NCBI GenBank assembly: GCA_002633005.1
Contig: NMRA01000318.1
Span: 75,863 to 134,984, forward strand
DNA: 59,122 bases
DNA from: Phoronis australis
Lineage: Eukaryota > Animalia > Phoronida
Direction: 5' to 3'
Shown: positions 11,098-25,600 of the stretch, in pieces
Numbering within the stretch: the first letter of the stretch is position 1
Layout: every line of letters starts with the position of its first letter
Notes under the pieces: generated by a model
Database searches by the model: none
Told to the model about the DNA's origin: nothing
What the model saw: the letters and a program-made list of their open reading frames with translations, nothing else
Program-made: the position numbers and the translations under genes

Positions 11098-14000
11098 TAA
11101 TCCAGTCATTCTACGGATAGCCCGGAAAAAATTGCAACAGAAGGTTTTATTGCATAAATCGTATCCTTTCATACCCCTTAGTGGAAAAAAAAGTCTACCG
11201 GAATCGGAGTGGCGGAAGTTGGTTTTTCAAGATGGCGGATAAAATGGCCGCCAGATTTTCTGATGCGCACTATAACTCAAGAGTGGAATGTGCTAGAGTA
11301 AAAATTCAAAAACATTTACCTATGTTTTGTGGGTCAAAAAATCCATTGGAAATGGTTTTACATGGCTGCGGTGACACCGTCCGCCATTTTCCAAGATGGC
11401 CGCCAAATCTACTTGAGTCGCAAAACTTCACACGAACAGATTAGTGTGTCGTCTTGCTTCAAACATCGCATCATAGGTTTTCTGGGTCGACTAATCCATT
11501 GAGACTCATTGCATTTGGCACTAATGATTACTTCCACCATTTCCAAGATGGCGGACAAAATGGCCGCCAGATTTGCAGAGGATCATTATAACTCGAGAGT
11601 GCAATGTGTTTTCCTATCTTTTGTGGGTCAACAAATCCATTGGAAAAGTTTTGCATGGCCGTGGTGACACCATCAGCCATTTTCCAAGATGGCCTTCAAA
11701 ACCATTTCGAATCGCATAACTTCGCACAAAGAGATTAGTGTGTCGTCTTGCTTCAAGTATCAGAGGTTTTCTGGGTCGACTAATCCATTTAAACTCATTG
11801 CGTTTGGCTCTAATGATTACTTCCACTATTTTCTAAGATGGCCACCAAATAGTTGCTTCGTGTAAGAACTTCAGATTCCAGAGACACGCAATATCCTAAG
11901 TTTTACAAGTCAGCACATCCATTACAATATTTTTGTCAGGCTCTTGATGATTACGACTACCATTTTCAAGATGGTTTAACGAATAACGTATTTGGGTCAA
12001 AAACATCAGGTTTGCCTGAACTGAAGGATCATTGTACTACCGAAAAAATGTGCTGTATTAATTCAGTGATCTACTATCCACACTGTCTGTGTCACTTCCA
12101 GTTAGTTCTAAATGCTAGTGAATCTATACACAATCAACCAGTATTTACACAACTAATCTCTGTCAACTCAGAATGAATTGCTGCAGCTAAAACCACGGCA
12201 TTCTCCACATGCAACTGAGTACGACTATCCTAACCTCTTGCATGTACATCTCTTGGAACTGCAGTTGGTCTTACACGACCATATCTCACTACTTTCAGCA
12301 GGTTCTCTGGTGCTGCTGAATGGTCCGTCGTCGTGGGAATGAATTTTCCACCTGCCAGCATCCATCCCCAATACAGCGAGTCTAGGCCACTGCCACGGAA
12401 ACTTGACTGCTCTTGCTCTTGATAATATGTCCCGGCAGCATGGAATTTAGCTACTAAAGAAAGTTCGTGATAATGTCTGTATTTAGACTGTGGCAAGTCC
12501 GACACCTCATCCACAAATTGCCTGTATTGCAAGTCATCCAAATTTCCAGAGCCAGTACCGCCATGAAGCACAGATACAACTCTTACCAGCTTCAAATATG
12601 TCTTGCTTCAGCTGCATGTGTCTACTGAATACTCTAAGTAGAGTTTTGCAGAATTTTCGATCACGCAGTTTCTTGAATGGGAGAGCCTTTGCTAATACCG
12701 AACAGCTGTAATGTTGTGTTGCAACCACCTATTGCACGCGCAAATGGCAAAACTGCGCAAGTTTTGGCACCAAGAGACAACTGTAGTTCCTTGATGTCCC
12801 AGACTCTCCTCTTGCTTTGGTGTCTCTTGTCAAATTTCATGAACATGAAATTTGTTGTGAAGTAGCATGGTAACGCTAAAGAACCAACAAGTCTTTATCG
12901 TCTGCAATAAGGGTAGTTGGACCTTGCGCTGCGTTCTCTACTGCTGTTTCTACAATTAAAACATCTGCGTCACCTTGAGCTTGTACCACTGTGCAATCAG
13001 CATGTCTTAGCAAACTTGACAAGAAGTGAGTGAATCGTTTGTTTTTGTTTTTTGCCAAAAATGTTCCTTTTTTACTTGATCACCATGTCACCATTGAAGT
13101 TCCAACCACCCCACACAGTCTTCGAACATGAGAGACATCTTTAGTTGATGGTCCATCTCAGTAACCATCAAAAACAACAATAGGGTGGGTGCACTTGCTG
13201 ATGTAATCCACATAAGCTCTACCAAATGACTGATACATTGCACCTCTAGGCCATGGAATACGGTGAAGGAAAGAACCGCCGTCGATTACATGCATCACCG
13301 TGTTTGCTGGAAATTGAAATCCTCAGGTAGTCCTCCACTGGACCAGAGTGCATCAACTAATTTGATTTATTAGCGACTCTGGGAAGACCAGATGTATCAA
13401 AAAGGACAGGGGAACCAACACACAGCTCAAACTTCAAAAGGCTTGATGAACTTTCACTGTTGTCTTTTGCAGCTGTCAGGATTCGCTGAAATAGCAGTCG
13501 TGGATCCACTTGTGTAAAATTACTATTAGCAGCATGAACTGATTGACTTGTCATTGCCACAACCTTGTCTTTCTTTCTGAATGTGAAGTCTTTCACACTT
13601 GACCCCTCCATAGACAAGTGAACCGCCTTCCCCACTTCTCTGGCATTTTCGGCACTGACGCATTTGCCTGCAGTCACACCAGTGGCGATGTTCTGTAATG
13701 TTTCTCTTTAAAATGGGTTACGGTACTGTTGTGGAGGAATTCAACAATGCTGCGGATGTCTTTGTCGCCACGCGACTGTCTTGCCTGGGTACATTCTTTA
13801 TGCTGCTGACTTGTTTCACAACTCAAGTTTGTCACAGTCTGCATGGCACCATTTATACTTGAGCATGCCGGCAAGGAAAGCAGCCACGATGCACTCTGTG
13901 TATCTCCCATTTCGCAACCTCTAGTTAAACCTCCTGTTGTTTTAATACTTTTCATGAGCATTTTTTCAATTACAAGATCATATCTCATTATGACAAGCCT

Positions 14001-16201
14001 GCCCAGAATCTGTCAATTTGTCTTATGGTTTGTTGGCCGTAGACGTCTGGACGGGTGTCTTTGAGTTGCTACGTCTCCTTCAGTCAAGTATATGTATGGA
14101 GATTTTGCATAAGAGTTGTGACCAGCAGCTGCAAAGTAAGGCAACATTTCAGAAACTGCTTTTAGGTGAAGCTCCCAATCTGACGTTATTTCTGCTTTTA
14201 AAAAATTCGAAGGATGTCAATCATCTTCATATACTGTAGTCAAAGACTAATGATTGGACTTTGCATGGACAAGTCTGATTTATGTGCTTTGAATTTTTAT
14301 GAATACCCACAAGACACTCCGACGAGCATACGTCGTCGGAAACAGACGTCATGCCAGCAATAAGATCATCATACCGCTTCAGACCAGCTCTCAAATCATC
14401 ATGAAGAATTTCATTGGCCATTGATTCTTCTGACGAACTATTCTCTGCCACTGTGAATTCTGAAGACCTATACTCTGATTAAGACCTGTTTGAATATACC
14501 AATGGCAGTAGGTCGGAAACCAGAAGTGAGCTCTCGTGAGGGCATTCCACTGTAATCCAAGGTTCAGAATCGGAAGACACTGGCTGGGCATGGCATGCCC
14601 CAGAGTATACATCTAGTTATGTGATCAGTTAGGATGTCTGAAGAATCTGTCTCCATATTCTGACGAGCCAAAATTTGTGTACAAGCATTGAACTGCTCCA
14701 CCTCTTGGTATGTAATCTGTGTGTTCTGTGTTGGTGACTTTCCGGACTCCTGGAATTTCTGAAGAACCTGGATTTCTTTCTTCATTGGTTTTGGATTGGC
14801 GTTACTTGATCTGTCAATATTTGGAAGTGGGATGTTGAATGCTCTGGCTTTTATGATAGCATTCAGTGCTGAGTCTACCATCATATGGCCCCTCACTGCT
14901 CTATCCACACTTTTTCCATTTAACATAAGGATCACACTGTTTGATGCATACACCGTCTCAAGAACTCCTTGAAGCTCTGTGCTTGACATTATGTATCCAA
15001 TACATTCCAGAAAGCTCGTTTCAGTATGAAATCTTCCAAGCCTGGCTAAGAACAAGTGACTGCAGATCACTATCGTTTTGTTTGCAGGCACTAATTTCCG
15101 CTAAAATCAATTACCTATGTTCATAAAAAGCATGCATATTAAACAAATTGTGGGTCCTAACAATTAAAATTTAATCAATAACTTTTTGTTACACAATCCT
15201 ATTTGCTTTTCATCAAATTCAGGTGAAATCAGCAGCCAATTCTCAATACATGCCAGCAGCAGACGAAATCGATGCTTGGGAACAACTAATAATATCTCCA
15301 ATAGCAGAGAAAAAAGCCACTTCCTGCCCAATTTTATTAAGGGTTTGTATAATGAATAAGCCAATAACTCCACCAGAATAACATATTTTTCTAACAAATG
15401 TTATTTTTGATACCTCAAATGAATATATTTTACAGAAAAATAATTGAGTTTGTGAAATTTATAATGAAAATTTAACTAAAGCCTTTTCTGAAAAACACAC
15501 CCAACTTTTATGTTATGTAATCTTAAATGTGATTAAAATTCCACATTTAGTATATAAATCTTAAAAACAAATTATAGAAACAATCAACTCATTAACCCTG
15601 ACTGTAGATTGTAAAATGTTTTTGTGTAAATGCGTATCAGGTTACAAACAAAGTTTGCAGAACGTAAATGCGGTAAATTAGGGTTTGTGAATTGGCAGCC
15701 ATTTTGGTGGCCATTTTGTCAGCCATCTTGAATTTTTTCTCGCAAACCAGTGACCAATTGTAAGGTCCAGATATTTTCAATTGTCTAACTTACAAAAGAA
15801 TAAAACTTTTGCCATTTTCAGGGCAAAATATAAAAAGAAATCTTGCAACATGTACAAAATTGCCGTTTCGGCCGCCATTTTGTCGGCCATATTGGTTTTA
15901 TTTTACGGAAAATTGGCATCTTTTGATTGGTATAACTGTTATGAAAAGTATATAATCAATGACAAACTTTATTGTTTTATTTTTAGCTGTTACATAAGAG
16001 TAACATGCCAGAAAACAGTAACCACCGGTTTTGTCAGCCATTTTGTCCGCCATCTTGAAAAACCGACTTCCGCCACTCCGATTTCGGTAGATTTTTTTTC
16101 TGACACCAAGGGATGTTTGAAGACGCCATTTATGCAAAAAAAACCTTCTGTTGCAATTTTATCTAGGTTGGGCCCTCTGGAGCCCTAGAATGACTGGACT
16201 A
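11098..16201 (-). mobile_element. Academ (AcademX) DNA transposon, internally deleted and decayed
   Basis: Termini TAATCCAGTCATTCTA / TAGAATGACTGGACTA with about 150-bp imperfect TIRs. 3-bp TSD AAT (11095-11097, 16202-16204). Empty site ...GGAAT ATGGACTACC at about 48055-48070. Confidence 0.9.
12170..15091 (-). pseudogene. AcademX transposase with XPG/PIN-like nuclease and Cys-rich C-terminus; 5' part missing, many frameshifts
   Basis: Ordered fragments: LGRFHTETSFLECIG..VYASNSV..MLNGK..RAVRGH; LMKSIKTTGGLTRG..WLLSLPAC; VDPRLLFQR; VIDGGSFLHRIPWPRG; VVFDGY; QAQGDADVLIV..ADDKDLLVL; AIGGCNTT; WGW..APENLLKVVR; CKTNCSSKRCTC...CGECRGFSCSN. Confidence 0.87.
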
Positions 16202-16479
16202 AATATGGACTACCGTGAAAGCCAATTAGTTCTTATGAAAATAGACTTTAAGCCAAAACCCATTTTTGTCTTGGCATGGTCTGCATTGTACTGATACCAT
16301 AAAGCAGCGCTTTAAGGAATTTTGATTATTTGTAATAAGACTCGGTCTAAATGTGAACATTTGGAAAAATATCAGTTATCGCATTTTTGTGCAGCTGGAT
16401 TACGATGGTATTTTTTACAATTAAAATATAAAGAAGCACATTCAACACTTCAGAACACAATGTAATGTTGTTCGTACCA

Positions 16480-17310
16480 CTTATGCTCAAATATGACTTT
16501 ATATTAAATGAACTTGAACTACAATCTCTGACAGACAGGAGAGTTGATTATGGAGGGCATTTCATGTATTGAGTGGTAAATGGACTGGTCTCGGCTATAT
16601 CTCCCTGCAACTTTCTCACAGCTGCAAAGACATAGTTTGTGAGACCAAGAACACTAAGCAGTCACCAACCTGGTGTTAGCGAAGTGACGATCGCAGATAC
16701 GATTTTGGGCTTTGCCATGTTTAAGTGTCTTAATTGTACCATTAAAACAAAATGAAATAGTAACAAAATAATTCTGAGGAAATGGTAACCACGAGTTAAG
16801 ACGAAAACAATCCAACACAACTGTGATAAGTTACCCTACAGTATTTTGCCATTGATTTCTGAATTACGTATGTCAACTTACCAAAATAAGCTTCAGCATA
16901 AATGCAAATATGACTTTATATTAAGTGAGCTTGAACTACAATCTCTGACAGACAAGATAGTAGATCATCAAGTGAATACAATGTATTATGAGAAAAAATG
17001 GACTGGTCTCAGCTATATCGCCAAACATGTTTATCACAGCTCCAAAGTTTGTGAGACCAAGAACACTAAGCAGTAGTCACCCTGATGTTAGCAAAGTGGC
17101 GATCACTGACACGTTTTTGTGCTTTGCCATGACCAACTGCCTAATTGGAGTGTTAAAATGAAATACCGAGTGTACCAAATAATCCTGCGGAAAAGGTTAA
17201 CCACAAGTTAATACAAAAACACACCAACACAGCTGTGAGAACTTACCGTACCGTGTTTTGCCATTGATTTCTGAATTATGTATGTCAACTTACTAAAATA
17301 AACTTCTTTC
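16480..17310. repeat. Two tandem copies of a ~415-bp spacer module
   Basis: CAAATATGACTTTATATTAA...GAGACCAAGAACACTAAGCAGT...TTTTGCCATTGATTTCTGAATTA starting at about 16488 and 16904. Further copies at about 43100-43500, 48337-48357 plus 50064-50430, and a partial copy at 52660-52780. Confidence 0.8.
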
Positions 17311-17679
17311 TAAACACAAAGTACAAGAAAACATGAGAAAAGAAAGTTTATTTGCATGGTTTTCAGTATATTTGAGTTCCTTCAACGGAACATGCCAGGA
17401 TTATTTGGACTTTCAAATTATTGTGTCTTACCTCATGTTCGTTCTAAATACTTTTCACACATAGGTGAAGACAAGGCAATCTTTCACACAGTGTGTTAAA
17501 AACTTGCTTCTTAATTTGTTTTTGCTCAAGTGTTTCGCCTATAGGCGCAAGTGCCTCGTTCCAAATATAAGTACAACTTTACATCAAGTCATAATGGCCT
17601 AAATGCATGCAAAAGATGTCCTATACAGCCAGATTTATAGATTAGACTGATGCACACTCAGTATAATCTTATTTGTCTT

Positions 17680-19097
<1,418 letters not shown>

Positions 19098-21304
19098 GTT
19101 AAAAGCTGTAACACAAAAATATACATCAAACTCATAGCACCCTTATTTTTAAGGGGAGTACCCTTAGGACCTGTTTACAAGATTTCAGATACATAGCAAA
19201 CATTGCCCATGTCTTATCAATGCGCATATCTAGGTCAAACGGCTAATTACTTTTTGTCAATTTTCCCAACAAAAAGAGACATTAAGAAAAGCTCAGTTCA
19301 TTCTTCACATGGTCTGTACTGTAGAGATGGCATGCAGCAGTGCTTTGAGGCATTTTGATTACTTGTAGCAAAGTAGTCAGTCTCAGCTTGAGAAATGTCA
19401 ATTTGTGTGTGCAAGCTGAAGGACTTCCATGGTTTTTAAGTTAGGGTTCGGATGATCCGTTTTCAGAAATCCATTTGCAACAGGTAACGCACAAGTTTCT
19501 AGGTTTACCCACTTTATTCTAATGTATTATACTAAACGTGTCTGTACAGTGCCAGTTTCGCTCAAAACATGATCTATCTGCCAGTTGATAAATTAAAGCA
19601 TGATCTCGTACGAAATGAACTGAACCATTTCATTGAGCGGTCTGTAATTACAAACCTGTCACTGCAGTCCGACAACAGGGTGATAATGACTTAAGATATA
19701 TATACACGTTGCAGTTCAGTATTGACATGGACGGTGAGAGACGTGTATGAATTGCAATGAACCTTTTAAAAGCCAAAAGGCCTCTTAGGACATTGAAATA
19801 CGGAGGCGTAACCGTAGAGACGGCGTAGTGCGAAACTTAGGTATATTCGGTTTGTGAGAAAGTGCTGTATTATACTTGTTTTTATTGTCTCGGGGGAATT
19901 GTTAAAGCTCAAATAAAGCTTAAAAGCATAGCAAGAGATTTTCACATCCAGACGTCAGAACAAAACGTATCTCTCTGAAAAGGCAGAGAACGATAGAAAG
20001 GAAGAAAGAAAAAGGAAACAGCAATCGGGCGATGATCTACCGGCAAGAAAAAAAAGAAAGGTACTTATATGCAAAGTTGTTGTTTTCTGTAAGCTTTATT
20101 ACAAGTTTCGTGTTAAGTTACAGACCACTGCATGAGTTCCTGTCGTGGTATTTGGGCTGCCTCAAATGAGAATGAGACCTTGTTGAGGTGAATAAACGCA
20201 GTGCGCTATATTCTTATTGAAATGGGCCCCAAATGCCAGTGAACGACAAAATGACAATCAAGTCGTTTCGCTATTTGTGAATGGTGTTCGCGACAGAAAT
20301 GTATAAGGTAAACATCATGCACGCACCCAGGTGGGCTTCGCCCCCCATCTGGCGAAGTGGGCTTATAGGTCCGCCTCAAAGAAACAAGAAGTCCGCGAAA
20401 AACGTGACAAAATTCCCTTAAATAGGCGCAAACACACAATTCAGAGCTCTGAACGTGGTACCCCATTTATTTAGTCCTCCCGCTTTTTGTTAGTAAAAGG
20501 TCCACATCATCAAAAAGTCGAGCCCCCCCCATTTTAAACGCTGGGTGCGCACATTAACATTGAGCTCAAAATTCAACTGTCCTGTCCAAATTCATAACTT
20601 ATCTTTCAATGTCTTGTGCGCAGTGCCACTTGAATATTCTCAATGCCTTCTTGTAGTTGTAAATACCAACACTCATGGAAATAAAGCGAGGGCATGCGAA
20701 AGTTGCAAAGGAGAAATTTAGAAAATCGCAATGTACCAGTTGCCATAAGGGCGCTTTCTTGAACAAAGAGGGGCAGGGATACAATGCTCCAAATCATAAT
20801 ACATCAGGTCAAACAAAAAGTAAAAGACTAGCGAAAAGAAGCAACCCTTGCAAATGAAAACCTTCCGCCTGAATCAATGACCAACTTCACTTGGGAACAG
20901 TTGTGCTTACAGCTCGAAATTGCCACGTCTCCCCCATTGTTATAAATATTCAGGACTATGCCATCTAGAAAACTTGAATCTTGGCCAGTGGTGGCACCCC
21001 TATTCTCCTTATACTGCTTTCTGTACAATCGGGAAAATCGTCGATCATTAAGGTAATTTTTGTCTAAATGGACCAGCCTAGATGACCTCCTCTTTTAAGA
21101 GGTTAATCCAGAACTTAATTTGTCAACAACAATGGTGCTGTTTACCACGTGGGCTGCACACAAATTGGTAAGGGCAGACGTACTTTTACGTTGTTTGTGT
21201 GGCCAGGACATGATGACTTCTTAAATTTTATTATTCGTCTGATGATAAGACTGCAAAATAATACCCAAATTCATTTTTTGAAATCATAAATTACTGTTAT
21301 ATAT

Positions 21305-21590
21305 TTTGTCCGAGTTTTACCCATTCAGAATTCACTGGTCCGAATTTCCCCGACACTCCGTCCGACTTTCCCCACCTGTGTCCGAATTTCCCCAATTTTG
21401 ACCATTGTTATTATTCTTAAATTTCGAAGGCATTGGAAGTGAACTAGTCACCAAGAATCTCATTGGTTGGTTTATCAAATGATTTGCGGAGATCCCATTA
21501 CTCGTCTAATGTTATTAGCTGACAAATAAACCTTCAGTAGTAGGTAAGCAAGTCGAGCTACGAGGTTTTGTCCGAATTTACCCGACTGAG
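21305..21590. mobile_element. Probable DNA-transposon end with TGTCCGAATTTCCCC subterminal repeats (pogo/Fot1-like, uncertain)
   Basis: Five copies of GTCCGA(A/C/G)TTT(C/T/A)CCC. It lies within sequence (about 19440-21660) that has no counterpart in the duplicated unit. Confidence 0.35.
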
Positions 21591-21661
21591 TGAGTGATCG
21601 GGAAATTCGAGCGCCTGTGATTTGATTCACCCGACCGGAAGCACATCAACCCCAATTTTCA

Positions 21662-22560
21662 CCGAATAGTATTCAGAATGTTACATGTGGCGTTAAGATT
21701 TCGAAGCAGACAATTTTCCGTCATGTACCCAAAAAACATACCTTTTGAAGACATTTTTGTTGTAGTTGTAAGCTACAGAGAGCCACAACTTGTATCCAGT
21801 GTGCAAAGGCAATATTACCTTAGCAAAGTTGTTCCCGGACAATGACAGACACAGCCAAGTGACGGGAAAGCGTGAGCTCTTTGATCTGGTCTGAATTCGA
21901 CTTATTTGGAGACCTACCGTGCTTTCGTAGATCATTTTTTTGCGAGGAAAACAAGAACTCATAAGATATCACAAGCGAAACAAGTGTCACACTGCAGCTC
22001 GGTTGAGTGATTCCCTTGTGCGACTATGCCTTTATGGCGAGGCCCCGCGGCGGCGCCCGCGTGTCCAGTTTCGTCAACAGAACTAGGCATTACCAGCTGT
22101 GATGCCTTCCTGCATGGTTTCCGCCAATGAAGGCATTGATGTCTTTGAAGAACACTGGCCCTTACAAAAATGAGGTTAACTCTTTCACAGAAAAATTTAG
22201 TTTTTCATCTACCTGAGCCGGTTAGCGGGCCCTCTTTGACTGTTTTTCAAAAACATGGTTTTCTCAAACTATACAAGTAATCAAAATTTAATTATTTTTT
22301 TCAAATAGCCAAAACTGATTTTCTTCTTAACCAAGTTTTTTGAATTAAAATTCCATGCATTCAAAACTGACGTCTCAGTGGCCAACGCCGTGACTAAATT
22401 ACTAAATTCAACCTCAGTCGATCGCTCATGAATTTGACAAAGCATTTTCTTTTCGTTTCAAATTTCAAAAAAAAAAACAATCTGCCGCAGTCACCGTTCA
22501 CGGTGATATCATCTCTGATCGTCACCGGAAGGCCGGCAGCACGTCGATCTCTGATGTAGG
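21662..22560 (-). promoter_or_regulatory. Candidate promoter / first-exon region of ZF unit 1
   Basis: Homologous to 54356-54565, 54915-55240 and 56075-56180, and upstream of the last ZF in both units. GC/CpG-rich core (22040-22065). Donor-like ACG|GTAGGT at 21918. Function is inferred only. Confidence 0.35.
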
Positions 22561-22640
22561 CCTTCTGAATGAGACAGACCCAGTCCAGGCGGGGGCGGAT
22601 CCAAGATTTTTTGTTGGGGAGGGGGGCAGGGCAGACTATT

Positions 22641-25600
22641 CCCTGTCAACATTGCAGTACTGGCCCAGTACTGTCCCATTACCGTCCACGATACTGTCCC
22701 AGTACTGGCACAGTACCGTCTTGCACTCACTGGCAAACGTACTGGCCCTCACCGTATGCAATACTGGGCCAGTCGACTAGTGGGCCAATACCGGGGCGGT
22801 AACGGGCTGTAACAGTTTTATACGGTATTGGGCCATTAATAAGCCAGTACCCTATTTAGGGCCGGGCCGGTATTGGCCCTGTACTGGGCTGGCTTACTCC
22901 CAGTACTGGGCTGGCTTACTCCCAGTACTGGCCCAGTACATTATAATAGATGATGGCCCTATACCCTATACATAGTAATGGGCCAGTACCAGAATGGTAA
23001 CGGGCCGGCTGTAACCGTGAGCTTTATACGTTACTGGGCCATTAATCAGCCAATACCGTATGCAGTACTGGGCCACCACTGGTCCAGTAAATTTCCTAAA
23101 ATGATTTTGTTTATGCAGTGCTGGACCAATATTGGCATAACAGTGAGCGGTGACACTTTCAGTGCTGATATAAGCAAGTACTATTCTGTCAAACTGTTCT
23201 GTGGCAGTTTGCTGGTTCTTGGCCAGATTCTATGTGCAGTAGTTACTACTGTGCTGCTACACAAATTGTAATCCATCGTCTCCTTATGCTGCTATTTGGC
23301 ACTAAAATGTCTTTACCTTTTTGCACCATGTTCGGTGTGCGTAATGAAAAAGTTCGGGCAATGAACAATGAAAAATGACTTTACTGTACATATTTATTGC
23401 CATATCAACAAGAATGTATATGGTATGGTTCTTATTGTCACTAATTCTAATATTTCTGAGTCTCTACGTTTATTGTACTGGCTATTTCATAATCAACATT
23501 CAAAAAAATCTAATCTAAATCCGTTTGCATTTCATTATCCTCTTCCTGTTGTTGCTGTTGCTGGACTAATCTGTTGGCCAGCTCCCTTCCCTTCTGCCAC
23601 CTTCACGGTCAAGGACACCCCGTAGCCAAACTCCGAGAAGTTTTTCTGCCTCCACAGCATTTCCGATATGTAGATTGACAATGGCCCCCAAAATAAATGC
23701 AGATTCAATGAAACTACCAATAACATAAATCAACACAGTTTAAATTGCAATCATAGTTAACATGAGAGCCAATGCTGGTAATAAACTAATTTGCGTTATC
23801 GAACAAACAAAAACTTGGCTTTAGTGTATGGGCCAGTTATCATATGGAATTTTGTCCAATTATTAATGATCTATGGTCGAGTAAATGCCATCTTGGGTAT
23901 TTCAAACAACAGAGGTATGGGCCATCATAAACGAACTGATATCTATGTTATACTTGAGGGTAAATAAAAAATCTGAAACATATGGCCCCTTGCATTGCCA
24001 CTAAAAATTTACCTTTTAAACAGTCGTTTCATTTTAGTAAAACAAGCCTTTGGGTCAAGTGACGCACAAGACCTCAAATCTATGAGCCATGTTTGAAAAC
24101 CTTTAAGGCGACACAATTCAATGCATCACTTGGCCCAAGTGGAGCAACCCCAACTCATCGAGAATTTTTATGATGCGGGTGCAGCCCTAAAACCATCCCT
24201 GCATTTAAAGGAAAAGTCCTCGATTTTAGATGTTTGGGTATAATAGGATCTAAAATGAATTTTTAGATGAATGGAAAAAATAAAAGTTTTCCAAATTCTG
24301 GTTTTCCCCAAAATCAGATATTATGTTACATGAGTTCACTGCCATGTTTTAATATTCAAGTCAACGTATAGTGCTGTCTTCTACTTAACCATTTATTTGA
24401 AACACATGTAAGTTCCTGTTTGAAATTGTGTTGAATATTTCCTGAAAGATCTTCAAGCTGTTAACAGTTTTTACATTTTGACACTGAGGACAGATCGAGC
24501 CACTAGCGGACCTGAATAGGACTTGGTTTGCATGTGGTTGAGTTTCCGTCAGACTGTGGCTTCTAAGATTAGATTTCAAAATGTGACTCGGACACTCTCA
24601 TCAAAGTCATGCATGGTTTGATTTCATATACACCAACGTTTTACAAATTTAAACCAGAATCTCCTACAAAATGTTCACATCATGTATCAGATTGGAAGCT
24701 TGCCAATGACTCGAATGCATGGCAATAAAAGACAACAATTTTACATTGACTTAACCAGTAAAAAACAGAGGAAAGTTCATGTGACTTAACGTCCTGTTCC
24801 GGGAAAATTTGGATTTAGACAAATTAATTTTCTGAAACGAGAAAGACCATAGAATTTTATTCTAGACTTTATATTGTTCTGTCATTAAATGGGTCACGTG
24901 GTCAGGTATTTTTTAGCAAAATTCAGCAAAAAATGAAAGGTAATTTCACAGCTGAACAATGGTATCCATACAATAACCAAACTTTTTTAGATTGCAATGA
25001 CAAAAAAATTACAAAAATGACACACTGACCACAAGCCAGAGATACATGTAACTGGCATCATGATGACCAAGTGGTCATTTTGCATTAGTAAAATTATAGA
25101 TTTATTTTAACAGAAACTGTCTTACCAGCTTATTCTTCAGTGAGGAATCTTGACTCAGAATTTCCTGCAGCTGGTCGACCTCAGCCGTAGCTTTTAGGGG
25201 AAACTGGGCAATGATGTAGCGGTGTCGTCACCAGCAAAAGAAGCTTGCTGTAAGTTTATGAGTTTCTTCTGAATTGCGAAGTCATGAACAAGCTGCTGCA
25301 CGTTCACCTGGATCTGTGACAGAGTATTAATACTTTCTCTCTCAAAGCCTACAAGTTAAATTATAAACATAACAACTCTCATGTTCTATAGCAAACAATG
25401 TAATGTTTTGTAGCAAATGATGTGACATGCTTTTCCTGTCTTCAAAAATTCTGTCAAATGTCGGTGAGCAATGACAATGAACATTTTGAGTACACCTAGA
25501 AGCAATTTTTTCAAAAACTACACTAAGTTGAATTCTTAAAATGTTGCTACACGAGCTTTAACCTACTACTGTAGGCCTACTACTTTTGTAAGAGCGTACC

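Noticed and set aside
19720-21200. Possible transposase fragments (a CxxC...CxxC stretch on the plus strand, basic ORFs on the minus strand)
   Set aside because: Too decayed to assign a family by eye; it needs BLASTX.
22655-23140. Short repeats with variable spacing resembling a CRISPR array (also 1-170 and 28847-28910)
   Set aside because: Repeats are irregular, in both orientations or without spacers, adjoin transposon termini, and there are no cas genes in this eukaryotic context.
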